64,000 nt of DNA from Patescibacteria group bacterium. Its GTDB lineage: Bacteria; Patescibacteriota; Minisyncoccia; Phycocordibacterales; Phycocordibacteraceae. The notes under the pieces are model-generated. The model saw nothing but the letters and a program-made list of their open reading frames with translations, was not told where the DNA came from and did not search any database. This document shows positions 1 to 9,926 of this stretch, piece after piece (position 1 is the stretch's first letter; every line of letters begins with the position of its first letter). Location: the NCBI GenBank assembly GCA_019744845.1, contig JAIETW010000001.1:418859-482858 (forward strand). The letters run 5' to 3'. The position numbers and the translations under genes were made by a program.

Positions 1-128
1 GATTTCAAAGAGAAGTTCAAAGAAGAACACATAAGGACGCCACGATACCCACCATCCTTGAGAATGATGACTCCGTTTCGTACTTCCTTTACAGGAACGA
101 ATGACTGTGTGGGTTTCGCGTCCTGCAT
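1..128 (-). CDS. 5' part of a conserved CPR T4SS-cluster protein (TraC/VirB4 N-terminal-like), runs off the window
   Basis: Manual translation from ATG at 128: MQDAKPTQSFVPVKEVRNGVIILKDGGYRGVLMCSSLNFSLK...; directly follows the PrgI gene. Confidence 0.65.
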   Translation of the reverse strand, partial: MQDAKPTQSFVPVKEVRNGVIILKDGGYRGVLMCSSLNFSLK

Positions 129-129
129 A

Positions 130-558
130 TTACGGGATAGTGTTCATGTTCCGACTATCAAGAGAATTCGCGAGCTCGTGTAGCTTGCTGCCTGAAAGTC
201 CGAGCTTCTCGCGGGGCGGAGGAGCAACCATAGATACTTCGGTCATGGCTGCAATATCCGCCTTCTCCTGCGCTACTTCTTGTTCCTTCCGCCACAAATA
301 CAGACGACGATTCATATAATAGTTGAACCCCGCCTCAATAATATCTATGAAGGGTTTCCCATTGATCTTGTAGAACGCCAGCGCTGCGGCAAATGCACCG
401 ACAGGAAGGGCAACCATGATGCCGAAGATGAAGGGGAGATACAACACAGCAGCTGCCGCGATACCAATACCTCCGGCAAGATAGATGAACTGCTTTATTG
501 TGAGCGGTCCGAAAATCTTATCCTCAACTTCAATGAATTGCGGTACCTGATACTCCAT
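130..558 (-). CDS. PrgI-family membrane protein (VirB3-like)
   Basis: MEYQVPQFIEVEDKIFGPLTIKQF motif, two TM helices; TATACT just upstream of ATG 558. Confidence 0.85.
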   Translation of the reverse strand: MEYQVPQFIEVEDKIFGPLTIKQFIYLAGGIGIAAAAVLYLPFIFGIMVALPVGAFAAALAFYKINGKPFIDIIEAGFNYYMNRRLYLWRKEQEVAQEKADIAAMTEVSMVAPPPREKLGLSGSKLHELANSLDSRNMNTIP

Positions 559-616
559 CACGACTAGTATACCAAGCAAAACGACGGTTGCCGTGCATTA
601 TGCGCACGCGTTTGTG

Positions 617-1411
617 CTATTCAACCGGTTCGCGATACGGATCAACGCGCTTTGTCGGTTCCGGATTCTTTTGCGCGACAGGTGCAGCAGGTGTTTTTGG
701 TGGGACAGTTGAGGGAATGGGTGCAATAAGTGGGGATTTTGGTGCGGGTGCCGCTACGGGAGGGAATATGGAAGCAGGTTTCGGAGGAGGAGGCGTCGGT
801 ATTACTGGTGCAATTGGTTTTGGAGGCTGAATCGCAGGCATAGCTGGCTTCACAACCGGTGCGGACGAAGCTTTTGGCATGAGCGGAGGAGTGCTCTTTA
901 GAGGTGCTGGTACTGGCTTCACTGACGTCACGGGTGTTACCGAGGCTGCAGCAGCCACCACTGGCTTTGCATCCTCGTGTTTAGGGAGAAGTTTCGGTGC
1001 GGCAGGTGGCGCAAGACGATTTATTGGCGCGGGAGGTGCCACTGGTTTTGGAGGAACGATAGGTGCACCAGGCTTTGTTTTTGAAACCGGAGGAGCAGGA
1101 GGAAGTTTCTTTTCAAGAGGATCAAACACTGACGTCTTAATGTCTTCCAAAAGATCATCACATACTCTGATTGGAATATTGGTCCCCACCTTAATGCCAA
1201 CCTTCACATCTGCGAGCGTACTAATACCAAGGAGTGTCATAAGAATCTCGGTTCCTATGGTTGCCATCTCTGGTGAAGAGAAACGATACTGCCCACGAAT
1301 ACGTTCTAGGAATTTCTCAAATCCCCCAGACGCGATGTACTCACGAACTACCTGTGGAGCCTTTGCGTACGCTGCTGCTAGTTTTGCTTCAAAGTTTGTG
1401 TCGTCAGCCAT
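617..1411 (-). CDS. Hypothetical protein with Pro/Ala/Lys-rich tail ending DPYREPVE
   Basis: 264-aa ORF, helical N-domain then low-complexity linker. Confidence 0.75.
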   Translation of the reverse strand: MADDTNFEAKLAAAYAKAPQVVREYIASGGFEKFLERIRGQYRFSSPEMATIGTEILMTLLGISTLADVKVGIKVGTNIPIRVCDDLLEDIKTSVFDPLEKKLPPAPPVSKTKPGAPIVPPKPVAPPAPINRLAPPAAPKLLPKHEDAKPVVAAAASVTPVTSVKPVPAPLKSTPPLMPKASSAPVVKPAMPAIQPPKPIAPVIPTPPPPKPASIFPPVAAPAPKSPLIAPIPSTVPPKTPAAPVAQKNPEPTKRVDPYREPVE

Positions 1412-1416
1412 AAATA

Positions 1417-3705
1417 TTAGTGATCGCCGTGCGCGGACTCTTCAACTGTGGTGAAGGAAAGAGGTTTAACAGCGCCATGATCTCCGCCACCATGTCCACC
1501 TCCTGCACCAATGTTCTTAACTGCACCAAGAAGCTTCTCGTATTTAACTTCGTCATCTGAGCGACCTTGCAAACGACGGAGCTCAAATGCTGCTTCACGG
1601 TCAGCACGATACCCAACGCTCCCCCATGGTATTGGGTTCCAGAAGTCTGCACTCTCGCTGAGTTCTTGTATGTACGACATCTCTTCGTCGTGGAGTTTGT
1701 GACTTGCATCGTCAAATGCCTCCTTCGCACGCTGATGTTCACGGCTAAGGGTAAGAAGACGAGCATCGTAGTTTGCTGCTGCCGCGGCAGCCTCATCAGC
1801 TTGACGGCGAAGATTCGCAATATCAAGCGTGCGAGTAGGTTGCGTGCGCTCCATTTCATCAGCAGAAGCACGGAAGCGCTCTGCCTCGGCCGCACGTTCC
1901 TGCGCCGCTGCAGTAACCTCCTTGAACTCTCCATCCACCTTCTTCCAGTTCTTCTCACGAAGCTTCTTACGGCCCATCGCAGTCTTATCTATCTCCACCT
2001 GTGCATCCCTCATGTCTGCCTCAAACTTTGCGACAAGTCTTGTATCGCCTGCCTTTGCTGCCTTGTTTCGCTTATCCTCTGCAGTGTCATAGCGCTCTAT
2101 GTGCGCATTGACACGACGCTCGTTCTCTTCCTCTATTGCTTCATAGTGGTGGAGTTTCTTTTCCTTTTCACCCTTGATGACACCTACAAGACCACCGGCC
2201 GCAGCACCAGTTGTGGTACCCGCATTTATACCGGCCTTACCTGTTGCAAACTTGGCGGCACCAGAGGCGCGGAAGTCAAAGCTACTTGCTGCACCCTTAT
2301 CAAGGATATTGGCAAGCGGACGTCCCAACGGTGAACGCATCAGCCCTGCGTTACGACGAGCTGCAGATGCAAGATTGAGCGCTGCCTGTCCCATAGTGCG
2401 ACGACCGAGGAATGCGAGCGTCCCGTACGTTGCCCCACCTGCGGTCTTGATCGCAAAGTCGGCTCCTGCGGCACCAAGCTTCTGCGCCACCATAAGTGCC
2501 GCAATCATAAATCCGATGGTGAGTGCAAATACTACGAAAATGTCCGTGGCACTCACTTCTCCCGTGACCAGTGCACGACTCAGACTTCCATTGTTTAACG
2601 CAGACGCCAAAGAACTGCTATCAACGACCTTGAACCCAATGAATACAATTAACAAAAAGACGGGCACAAAGAGCGACTGTTTGATGAGCGCCTGCCACCA
2701 CTGTTTCGCGAGTCCACTTAAGAAGGGCACGGCCATACCCGCAAACCCAATCGGTGACGTCACCATCACAATGAGCAGCACCACCACACGAATGATGAGC
2801 ATAATTCCGGCCGCAAAGAACACCACGGAAAGAATAGTACTGAAAAGCACAAGGCCTGCCATGGTCATGGCATAGCGCAGACTGTAGTTAACGTGTACAA
2901 GTCCCTGCGCTTCCCACTCTGGCGCGGAATTCAAAAGTGTTGATCCTCCAGAGAACTGCATCACGAGACCAGTCACGCCATAGTGACGTGCACAGTACGC
3001 CTGTGCGCTCTCCCCTGCAGGCATTCGCGAGGTATCACAGGAAAGCCCTGCAGATGATTGCGCCACAATTGCGGTACTGACTCCGTTTGCCACATCTATC
3101 ACCGCCTCCGCGACAAAAAGACTGAAGTTAAGAAGCACCGCAAAAATAATCAGTTTCGGGAGTGCTTTCTTCACCGTGTAGTCGTGAAGATTGAGAATCG
3201 TACTTAGCCCCATGAACACGAAACTGAAGAGAAGGAATACGTTACCGAGATCACGAAGCACTCCCCAGGCAGTGAGAAGCCCTTCTGAGTTACCAAAGTT
3301 CTGGCCGAACTGGAGCACCGTCATGAGAAGCACTCCGTTTAGAAACTGCGCCGAGACCCACAAAATACCGTTTGCAAGGAAGAATACTATGTACAAAAGC
3401 GCAATGACGGGCTGAAGTATGACGTTAATGCCGGTACACAGAACCGAATTAACTCCATCACAGTTAAGTTCATCGCCTCCTCCGTTTGAAGCTTCTACTT
3501 CTGGACTAGCACTCGCTGCAGCTGCGGGTGGCTCTCCTGCCGGCGGGAGTCCGGCTGCGGCTGCTCCAGCATTTGCGGCTCGATCGCCGGGCTCTGCCTG
3601 TACAGTCAGAGGAAGAAAGGGAGCGAGAACAGAAGTGAGAAACACCGCCCCGAGTAGGAGTGTTCCTGCCTTGCGTATTACCGGTGTGCGAAAGAAATCA
3701 TTCAC
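1417..3705 (-). CDS. VirB6/TrbL-like polytopic membrane protein with C-terminal coiled coil
   Basis: Signal peptide, ~8 TM segments with WxxxRDLxN, KLIIFAVLLNFS and IIRVVVL..SPIGF motifs; clustered with PrgI. Confidence 0.7.
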   Translation of the reverse strand: MNDFFRTPVIRKAGTLLLGAVFLTSVLAPFLPLTVQAEPGDRAANAGAAAAGLPPAGEPPAAAASASPEVEASNGGGDELNCDGVNSVLCTGINVILQPVIALLYIVFFLANGILWVSAQFLNGVLLMTVLQFGQNFGNSEGLLTAWGVLRDLGNVFLLFSFVFMGLSTILNLHDYTVKKALPKLIIFAVLLNFSLFVAEAVIDVANGVSTAIVAQSSAGLSCDTSRMPAGESAQAYCARHYGVTGLVMQFSGGSTLLNSAPEWEAQGLVHVNYSLRYAMTMAGLVLFSTILSVVFFAAGIMLIIRVVVLLIVMVTSPIGFAGMAVPFLSGLAKQWWQALIKQSLFVPVFLLIVFIGFKVVDSSSLASALNNGSLSRALVTGEVSATDIFVVFALTIGFMIAALMVAQKLGAAGADFAIKTAGGATYGTLAFLGRRTMGQAALNLASAARRNAGLMRSPLGRPLANILDKGAASSFDFRASGAAKFATGKAGINAGTTTGAAAGGLVGVIKGEKEKKLHHYEAIEEENERRVNAHIERYDTAEDKRNKAAKAGDTRLVAKFEADMRDAQVEIDKTAMGRKKLREKNWKKVDGEFKEVTAAAQERAAEAERFRASADEMERTQPTRTLDIANLRRQADEAAAAAANYDARLLTLSREHQRAKEAFDDASHKLHDEEMSYIQELSESADFWNPIPWGSVGYRADREAAFELRRLQGRSDDEVKYEKLLGAVKNIGAGGGHGGGDHGAVKPLSFTTVEESAHGDH

Positions 3706-3710
3706 GGCAA

Positions 3711-5180
3711 TTAGTTACGGAAGATGCTGCACGCTGACTCCGCAATATCTTTCATTTCGGTGTAGAGAGAGGCGGGGGTAACGTCTGCTGTATTTGCCGT
3801 CTCCCGTGCTGCCTCCACGACCTCAGCTGAGGTTGGCATGAGATCAGACGCCATAAGTTCCTGGTAGTCAGCGACAATCTGCTCAAATCCTTGGTTTGCA
3901 TTTGCACCTGCGGCAGCGGAACGTTCTTCAAGATCCTCAAGTGCGGCAAGAGCTGCTGCTGCCTTCGTGCCCGCGGCCGTTGCTTTCGCAAGAGCGGGCT
4001 CCACCTTTTCTTCAAGAAGTTCATCGTTTCCATCGCGATTACAGCTCTCAAGCGCCGCCTTCGCTTCCTGTGCGGCGCTTCCAATCTTTGCCCAATTCAC
4101 CTGGTATTCCTCTACACGATCACGCTGCGTACTGAGAGTTCGTGCAAAGCTACTTGCCACGTTTGGTACCGTTCCTCGTGTGTCGCCCCCGCCGCCAGAC
4201 CCTCCCGCAAGCCCTCCTTCACCAATTGCCTTCTGAAGAAGAGAGTTAAGAAGTCCTGCAATTGCCTCATTCAATTCATCTGCGCTCACCAACTGTGCAA
4301 TATCAGACCCTACCGCTTCTTCAATCTGGGAATGAATCACCGATCCAGGTGTATTAATTTGGTGTTCAAGACAGGTCTCCCCGTCACTCAAGCTGAGGGA
4401 AAGACCATCTGCGGCAGTTGTTGTTGCCATCCCCCCATTACCATCTGACTGGAGCGCGCTCGTACATCCACCACGCCATGACAAAAATCCGTTGCCGTAT
4501 TCAAGTTCACGAAGACGTTGATCAATTTCTGCTTCGAGCTGCGTGCCGATTTCATCACGAAGCGTCAATTCAAAACAGTACCGATTATTACCACAAGTGC
4601 TATTGGCCTGATACCACGCACCCCATCCTCCCTGAGAGAAGTCACCATACAAAAAGCGAGAAGGGTTCTGGGAAAAACGATCAAGGGTGTACTCAAGACG
4701 TGCAGCAAGTCGGTCACTGCTCGTTTGAAGGTAATAGGCGGCAAACACACCGCTTGCGACCGTACTACCAAACGGTGTGTCTATCGCCCGCTGCAGCACC
4801 TCTCCCGCAATACGCGTTAACACTGCATCGCCCACCTGTCGTAGATTTGTATTCAAATCCCGCACAAAGGCTGGAGACCCTTCAAATCCAGATGCTACCC
4901 AGTTAAGGGTACTCACGATAATGGAACGAAGTGCTGCCTTCGCAATTCCGGTAGCGAGCCCATCAAGCGTAAACTCTTTTAAGAAATCATCCCCTGCAAA
5001 GATGGTCTGGATGGTGCTCTCAATCGTCGTCTTGATATTGGTGACTAGGTTCCCTCCGACTTCTACGACTGAAATAGCTTCCACCTGACGTGGGAACGCG
5101 CCAAAAGAAGTTGCACTCATCATGACAATGAGCGTTGCTGCAACAATTTGTTTTCCTACCCGCGTGAAAAAGTGCTTCAT
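3711..5180 (-). CDS. Secreted hypothetical protein of the T4SS-like cluster
   Basis: Signal peptide (…VEA), WVASGFEGSPAFV and TPGSVI motifs, paired Cys, helical C-terminus. Confidence 0.7.
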   Translation of the reverse strand: MKHFFTRVGKQIVAATLIVMMSATSFGAFPRQVEAISVVEVGGNLVTNIKTTIESTIQTIFAGDDFLKEFTLDGLATGIAKAALRSIIVSTLNWVASGFEGSPAFVRDLNTNLRQVGDAVLTRIAGEVLQRAIDTPFGSTVASGVFAAYYLQTSSDRLAARLEYTLDRFSQNPSRFLYGDFSQGGWGAWYQANSTCGNNRYCFELTLRDEIGTQLEAEIDQRLRELEYGNGFLSWRGGCTSALQSDGNGGMATTTAADGLSLSLSDGETCLEHQINTPGSVIHSQIEEAVGSDIAQLVSADELNEAIAGLLNSLLQKAIGEGGLAGGSGGGGDTRGTVPNVASSFARTLSTQRDRVEEYQVNWAKIGSAAQEAKAALESCNRDGNDELLEEKVEPALAKATAAGTKAAAALAALEDLEERSAAAGANANQGFEQIVADYQELMASDLMPTSAEVVEAARETANTADVTPASLYTEMKDIAESACSIFRN

Positions 5181-6187
5181 GGTGTATGTGGCTGTAGACG
5201 CTCAGAAAATACTCCTGCACGATGGATAAGGAGATAGAATTCATATCCTGGATCGCCCGACACGATTGTGTCGGTAATCTTCGCTGCGTCATATACTGCA
5301 TCAAAGGCAAGAATGGAGTCCGCCATCTCCTTTGCCGCATATTCGTACTGACCAAGTACCAAGAACGCACGAAGAGGGTCTTCGTTTACCGCCGCAAGAT
5401 CATTAATCACCGTGCCCATAAGTGCGAGTGCGTTTGCAAACCTGAGGTGAATGAGCGCAAGCTCTGGTGGCGCAGGAACACGGATATAGCTCTGAGCAAC
5501 TTTCTCATAGGCTGCACCGATAGCCTTTAGTTGTGTAAGCGCAGTCGTATCGTTTTCATACGTGACTTTCCCGAAGTAGTACATCGCATCTTCGGTTGCG
5601 TTGTTGGTGCTTGCAATGAGCGCCTGATCTGCCCCCGTCGCGTAGGCACGAAGTCCTCCCTCTCCGGACACCCCTGCGCGCACATCCTTATTGCTGTATG
5701 CCTTTGGGATCTCATTGTTTGCTGCAAGCTCCGCTACCTTGGTATTAATGAAGGAGAGAAGGGAATCGGTCGTGAGGCCACTTGAACCTCGCATGCGAAG
5801 ATACTCCTCAAAGAACTTGCGAGCGAAACGGTCAGTGACGGTCTCTGGTGCTGCCTGCACTCCTGGCACGTCTTCAATCGGCACGGTGACCGATACATCT
5901 GTTGACTCAAATTTAGGCTTCACCAGACCTGCGGTGACTGCCTCGCTATCGGTCATTGATGGATCAACTGAGTTTGGGTTCTCTGGATCCGTGTTGTAGA
6001 GCTGCTCCTGCCAGTCAGGAAGTCCATCGGCATCTGTGTCCTTCGTGGCGTATGCACGAAGCAACTCTTCTGCATTCTGTGCGCTTACTTCCGCTGACTT
6101 AGAAGAGATGACGAACGCGGTCGTCACAAGTGCGAGTGAGACCACGAGCGAACCTGCGATCAATGTTGTGCGAAGAGAATAAGCCAC
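5177..6187 (-). CDS. Membrane-anchored protein with a Ca-binding-type DxDxDG repeat
   Basis: N-terminal TM; DTDADGLPDWQEQLYNTDP motif. Confidence 0.7.
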   Translation of the reverse strand: MAYSLRTTLIAGSLVVSLALVTTAFVISSKSAEVSAQNAEELLRAYATKDTDADGLPDWQEQLYNTDPENPNSVDPSMTDSEAVTAGLVKPKFESTDVSVTVPIEDVPGVQAAPETVTDRFARKFFEEYLRMRGSSGLTTDSLLSFINTKVAELAANNEIPKAYSNKDVRAGVSGEGGLRAYATGADQALIASTNNATEDAMYYFGKVTYENDTTALTQLKAIGAAYEKVAQSYIRVPAPPELALIHLRFANALALMGTVINDLAAVNEDPLRAFLVLGQYEYAAKEMADSILAFDAVYDAAKITDTIVSGDPGYEFYLLIHRAGVFSERLQPHTP

Positions 6188-6253
6188 GGTAGTACATAAA
6201 TAGTATCACGGGCCCTTCATCCGAAGGCTAGGCAATACCTATATAGGTGTGTA

Positions 6254-7027
6254 TTAGATGCGCACCTTCCTTGCAATCGCTTTCCATGACGAAAGCGGCA
6301 CATCTTCTGGTCGTACCGTCGCAGAGACCTCTGCCTCCATAAGCGCCTCTTTCACCCGTTCTCCAGGTGCAATCTCTTCAAGATTCTTCGCAAGCTGCTT
6401 CCGTTTATGCATAAATCCAGTCTTAAGCACGGTAAAAAACCATTCTTCCTCTTCCAAAGATGAGAAAGGTGCCTGTATATCCGTAATAGTTAGGACCGCG
6501 GAGTCTACATTCGGAGCGGGACGAAACGCACCTCTTGGGACGGTGAAACAATAACGTGGTGTGCCATACGTCTTTACCGCAATGGAAAGAACGCTTTCTT
6601 TCTTGGAGCGTGCAATACGTTCTGCGACTTCTTTCTGTACCAAGAGCGTCATGGAACGCGGCTTTGCATTAGTGGTGAGAAACATACGAATAATTTCTCC
6701 AGTGATGTAGTACGGAATATTTGCGACGAGTCGGTATGATCCGAAGATCTGTGGATCCACATTCCGAATATCGTCATGAATAAGAGTCAGGCGCCCGTCG
6801 GCAATCTCTGTGGCGAAGGTGGTATTGAGTTCTGCAACTAACTCACCATCTGCTTCTACTGCAATGACTTTTTTTGCAGTACCAAGAAGTACGCGCGTGA
6901 GCATACCGGTCCCCGGACCAATCTCCATGACCGTATCGTCCTTCGTTACTTCCGCCGCCTGCACGATGCGTTCTGCAATCTGCCGATGCATCAAAAAGTT
7001 TTGCCCCAGTGATTTTTTTGGTCTCAT
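6254..7027 (-). CDS. rsmA: 16S rRNA m6,2A dimethyltransferase RsmA/KsgA
   Basis: KKSLGQNFL, EIGPGTG, ANIPYYIT, FRPAPNVDS. Confidence 0.96.
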   Translation of the reverse strand: MRPKKSLGQNFLMHRQIAERIVQAAEVTKDDTVMEIGPGTGMLTRVLLGTAKKVIAVEADGELVAELNTTFATEIADGRLTLIHDDIRNVDPQIFGSYRLVANIPYYITGEIIRMFLTTNAKPRSMTLLVQKEVAERIARSKKESVLSIAVKTYGTPRYCFTVPRGAFRPAPNVDSAVLTITDIQAPFSSLEEEEWFFTVLKTGFMHKRKQLAKNLEEIAPGERVKEALMEAEVSATVRPEDVPLSSWKAIARKVRI

Positions 7028-8946
7028 GCTTCTATGACGTCTTCTTCAACCTCATGCGCATACTGTATCAGTGAATCATCAATGTCATCCAAAAACGATG
7101 AAGGGTCTGAAAGGAAGTCGGTTCCGTAGATGCGACGTACGCGCGCAAGCGTGAGATAGAGCTTTCGTCGCGCACGAGTGATCGCAACATAGAAAAGACG
7201 ACGTTCTTCTTCCTCATCACGCTCTTCTTCGTTCATACCTTCGTGTGGGAACAATCCTTCTTCAAGCCCCGAGACAAACACCACATCAAACTCAAGGCCC
7301 TTTGCGGCGTGCACCGTCATCAAGGTCACTCCTCCTTTTTCTTTGGTACGGTCTAATTCGTCTTGATCCCCCGCAAGTGCAGCTTCTGCAAGAAATGCAT
7401 TAATCCCGTCCATACCTGGAAGATCATCATGACGGCTCGCAAGTGTCGCAAGCTCCTGCGCGTTTTCCAATCGCTCAGCATCATCCTCTCCTCCCTTTTC
7501 AAGAGACGCTTTCATACCGCTCTCTTCAATCACGCGACGCACAAACGCTGAAGGAACATCCGTCTGTGCAGCGGCATTGAGGTTCGCCACAATCTTTTCA
7601 AAGGCTTCTACTTTTGCGCGTTCACCAGGGCGAAGCTCATCGCGTTTGCCTGCAACAAGTTTCCCGAGTGTCGTTTTTCCGATACCGCGAGACGGTGCCT
7701 GCACGGCGCGCACCCGATCTGCCTCCCGTCCTGGCTCAAGTGCAAGTCGTACCCATGCAATGACATCTTTCACTTCCTTCCGGTCATAAAACTGCGTACC
7801 CAGGAGCTTATACGGCACTCGTGTGGCAAGGAATGCTTCTTCCATCGCACGTGACTGAAAGTTCGTACGATACAACACCGCAATCTGTGTCGGGTCGGTG
7901 CCGCACGAAATGAGACGTGACGCTTCCTGCGCAATGTATGCTGCCTCGCGTTCTGCAGTGTCAGACACCGACACAATAATTGGTTCACCAGATGCATTAC
8001 TCGTCACTGACTTCTTCTCTTTCCTGTTTCTGTTTTTCTCTATGATCGTATTTGCCGCATCCACAATGTTCTTTGACGAACGATAGTTGTGTTCAAGAAC
8101 GATGGTCTTTGCTTCAGGATACGTTTCGTCAAAGCGAAGCAAGTTTTCAATCGTCGCGCCACGCCACGTGTAAATGGTTTGATCTATGTCGCCGACGACA
8201 AACAAATTCTTTCTCGCACCGGTAAGGAGTGTCGCAAGACGACCTTGGAGTTCGTTGGTGTCTTGAAACTCATCAATGTGCACGTAGTGGAATCGTTCTT
8301 GTACCTGCTTCCGCACCTCTTCGTGTTCAGCAAGAAGTTTCACCGGAAGCGTAATCAAGTCATCAAAATCTAGTGCGCGTTCTTTTTTCAACACCGCGTC
8401 ATACTTGAGCCACACATCTGATGCCACACGTGAACGGAATCCTTCGCGTGAAAACTTTTCTGCAAACTCAGTTGCAGACAATCCTTCCCCTTTTGCACGA
8501 GAGATACGGGCAAGAAGTGCACGTGGTGGATATTCTTTTGGATCCATATCCAATTCCTTGAGTGCATTCTTGATTGCACGTTCAGAATCCTCACGATCAA
8601 AAATAGAGAAGTGTCGTGGAATACCGAGCGCACTTCCGTACGATTCAAGCAGTTCACGTCCAAGTCCATGGAACGTCGCAACGAGTGGAAGGTTCCCTCG
8701 CTTCCATGTCGTCAATTCCTCTCCAAGTACGCGCGACAAACGTTCACGCATCTCACGCGCTGCTTTGTTGGTGAACGTCACCGCAAGAATCTTTTCTGCA
8801 GGAACTCCTTCGCGTATCAAATGATAGATGCGTGTGGTAAGTACGCGTGTCTTCCCGGACCCCGCACCTGCAAGCACCGAGACAGGACCATCGGTCGCAA
8901 GTACCGCTTCTTTTTGTCTGTCGTTCAGTCCGTCCAGATATTTCAC
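7024..8946 (-). CDS. pcrA: SF1 DNA helicase PcrA/UvrD
   Basis: AGAGSGKT, DEFQDTN, NYRS, TVHAAKGLEF, EERRLFYVAITRA. Confidence 0.94.
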   Translation of the reverse strand: MKYLDGLNDRQKEAVLATDGPVSVLAGAGSGKTRVLTTRIYHLIREGVPAEKILAVTFTNKAAREMRERLSRVLGEELTTWKRGNLPLVATFHGLGRELLESYGSALGIPRHFSIFDREDSERAIKNALKELDMDPKEYPPRALLARISRAKGEGLSATEFAEKFSREGFRSRVASDVWLKYDAVLKKERALDFDDLITLPVKLLAEHEEVRKQVQERFHYVHIDEFQDTNELQGRLATLLTGARKNLFVVGDIDQTIYTWRGATIENLLRFDETYPEAKTIVLEHNYRSSKNIVDAANTIIEKNRNRKEKKSVTSNASGEPIIVSVSDTAEREAAYIAQEASRLISCGTDPTQIAVLYRTNFQSRAMEEAFLATRVPYKLLGTQFYDRKEVKDVIAWVRLALEPGREADRVRAVQAPSRGIGKTTLGKLVAGKRDELRPGERAKVEAFEKIVANLNAAAQTDVPSAFVRRVIEESGMKASLEKGGEDDAERLENAQELATLASRHDDLPGMDGINAFLAEAALAGDQDELDRTKEKGGVTLMTVHAAKGLEFDVVFVSGLEEGLFPHEGMNEEERDEEEERRLFYVAITRARRKLYLTLARVRRIYGTDFLSDPSSFLDDIDDSLIQYAHEVEEDVIEA

Positions 8947-9140
8947 TAGCGCACTATAGCAGAGAGGCCCATGCGCACCTGGCGGATAGTCTCTATCGCT
9001 TCACTCAATATATATAGGTATTGGCGGGGGTTTGCTTTCTTGATCTCTGCGCACTCAAGAAAGATCGCATCAATGGTCTGGTTTCGCTCCTCTTCAGAAA
9101 GCGATGCGTCCCGGAGTTTTTCTATGAGTTCGCGTTTCAT
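8946..9140 (-). CDS. Small hypothetical protein
   Basis: 64-aa ORF; start overlaps the upstream stop (ATGA) and stop overlaps the pcrA start. Confidence 0.55.
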   Translation of the reverse strand: MKRELIEKLRDASLSEEERNQTIDAIFLECAEIKKANPRQYLYILSEAIETIRQVRMGLSAIVR

Positions 9141-9664
9141 GGCTTTGGTTCTCGGGTTTTAAGGACCATAATCAGTATCAAAAGCCCAAATACCTGGATT
9201 TGTTCTATGGCCGCTCCCACAAAGGCTGCATTCCGGAGCCCCTCGGAAGCTTCGGCCATGGTCCCTAGGTCCTGAAGCACCTCCTGTTCATCCAAGGAAA
9301 GATCTCTTCCTTCTCCGATGACCATAATGCGCGCATGTTCCGCAATGAGCTTCTCTTTGAGTACATGGAGATACGCCCCTCCCCCGGCAAGGAGCGCTGC
9401 CATGACTTGGGTGAATCCCGCATATGCGGTTATTGGTCCCCGACCACGGTCTAGCACCTTCTGCCAAAGTTCATTCACCTTCATTAGAAGCTTGGACCGC
9501 TCCTCTGGATCGTTCTCCTCGTTCAAGCGAACCTGAAGGGCCCCCCAATTCTCAGCAAGACCTGCGAGCTCCTCCGCAAGCCGTGCCTCTTCTGCGGTAA
9601 TGGCTCGCTCAAGTGCCTCTCCAGACTGTGGATGCGGTGCCCGATCGCCTGAAGAAGGAATCAT
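9137..9664 (-). CDS. Hypothetical helical protein
   Basis: ORF; TAAAAT 7 nt upstream of ATG 9664. Confidence 0.6.
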   Translation of the reverse strand: MIPSSGDRAPHPQSGEALERAITAEEARLAEELAGLAENWGALQVRLNEENDPEERSKLLMKVNELWQKVLDRGRGPITAYAGFTQVMAALLAGGGAYLHVLKEKLIAEHARIMVIGEGRDLSLDEQEVLQDLGTMAEASEGLRNAAFVGAAIEQIQVFGLLILIMVLKTREPKP

Positions 9665-9715
9665 TACCGTAATTTTACATGAAAAAGCGCTATCCACCTC
9701 TTCATCCTGGGGTCA

Positions 9716-9743
9716 TTGACCAGGCTCCCTCAAAGGGTATACT
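9716..9743 (+). promoter_or_regulatory. Sigma70 promoter for the LysM-M23 gene
   Basis: TTGACC-N16-TATACT. Confidence 0.65.
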
Positions 9744-9926
9744 CGGTCAATCGGCAGATACGGAAGCACGAAAGAAATGGCCTAGGTACGCCATTTTTGT
9801 ATATATCGGATACCCCTGAATCATCCCTACCACGCTCTGAATTCACACAACTCACATCTAGTTTCTCGTGCGCACAATCACGTTCGCAAGATAGCCATCG
9901 CCCTCACCGGGCTTTCGGGGGTATCG

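Noticed and set aside
586-612. GTGCGCATAATG on the minus strand resembling the E. coli dif XerC arm
   Set aside because: No spacer or XerD-arm match follows, and it is far from the xer gene; likely chance or a promoter element.
879-2875. Long antisense ORFs (e.g. 879-1454, 1567-2334, 2174-2875) and similar ones throughout the window
   Set aside because: They shadow real genes on the opposite strand and have no motifs or start signals.
9670-9690. TTTTACATGAAAA as an additional parS site
   Set aside because: Two mismatches in the core, and it overlaps the -10 of the adjacent gene.
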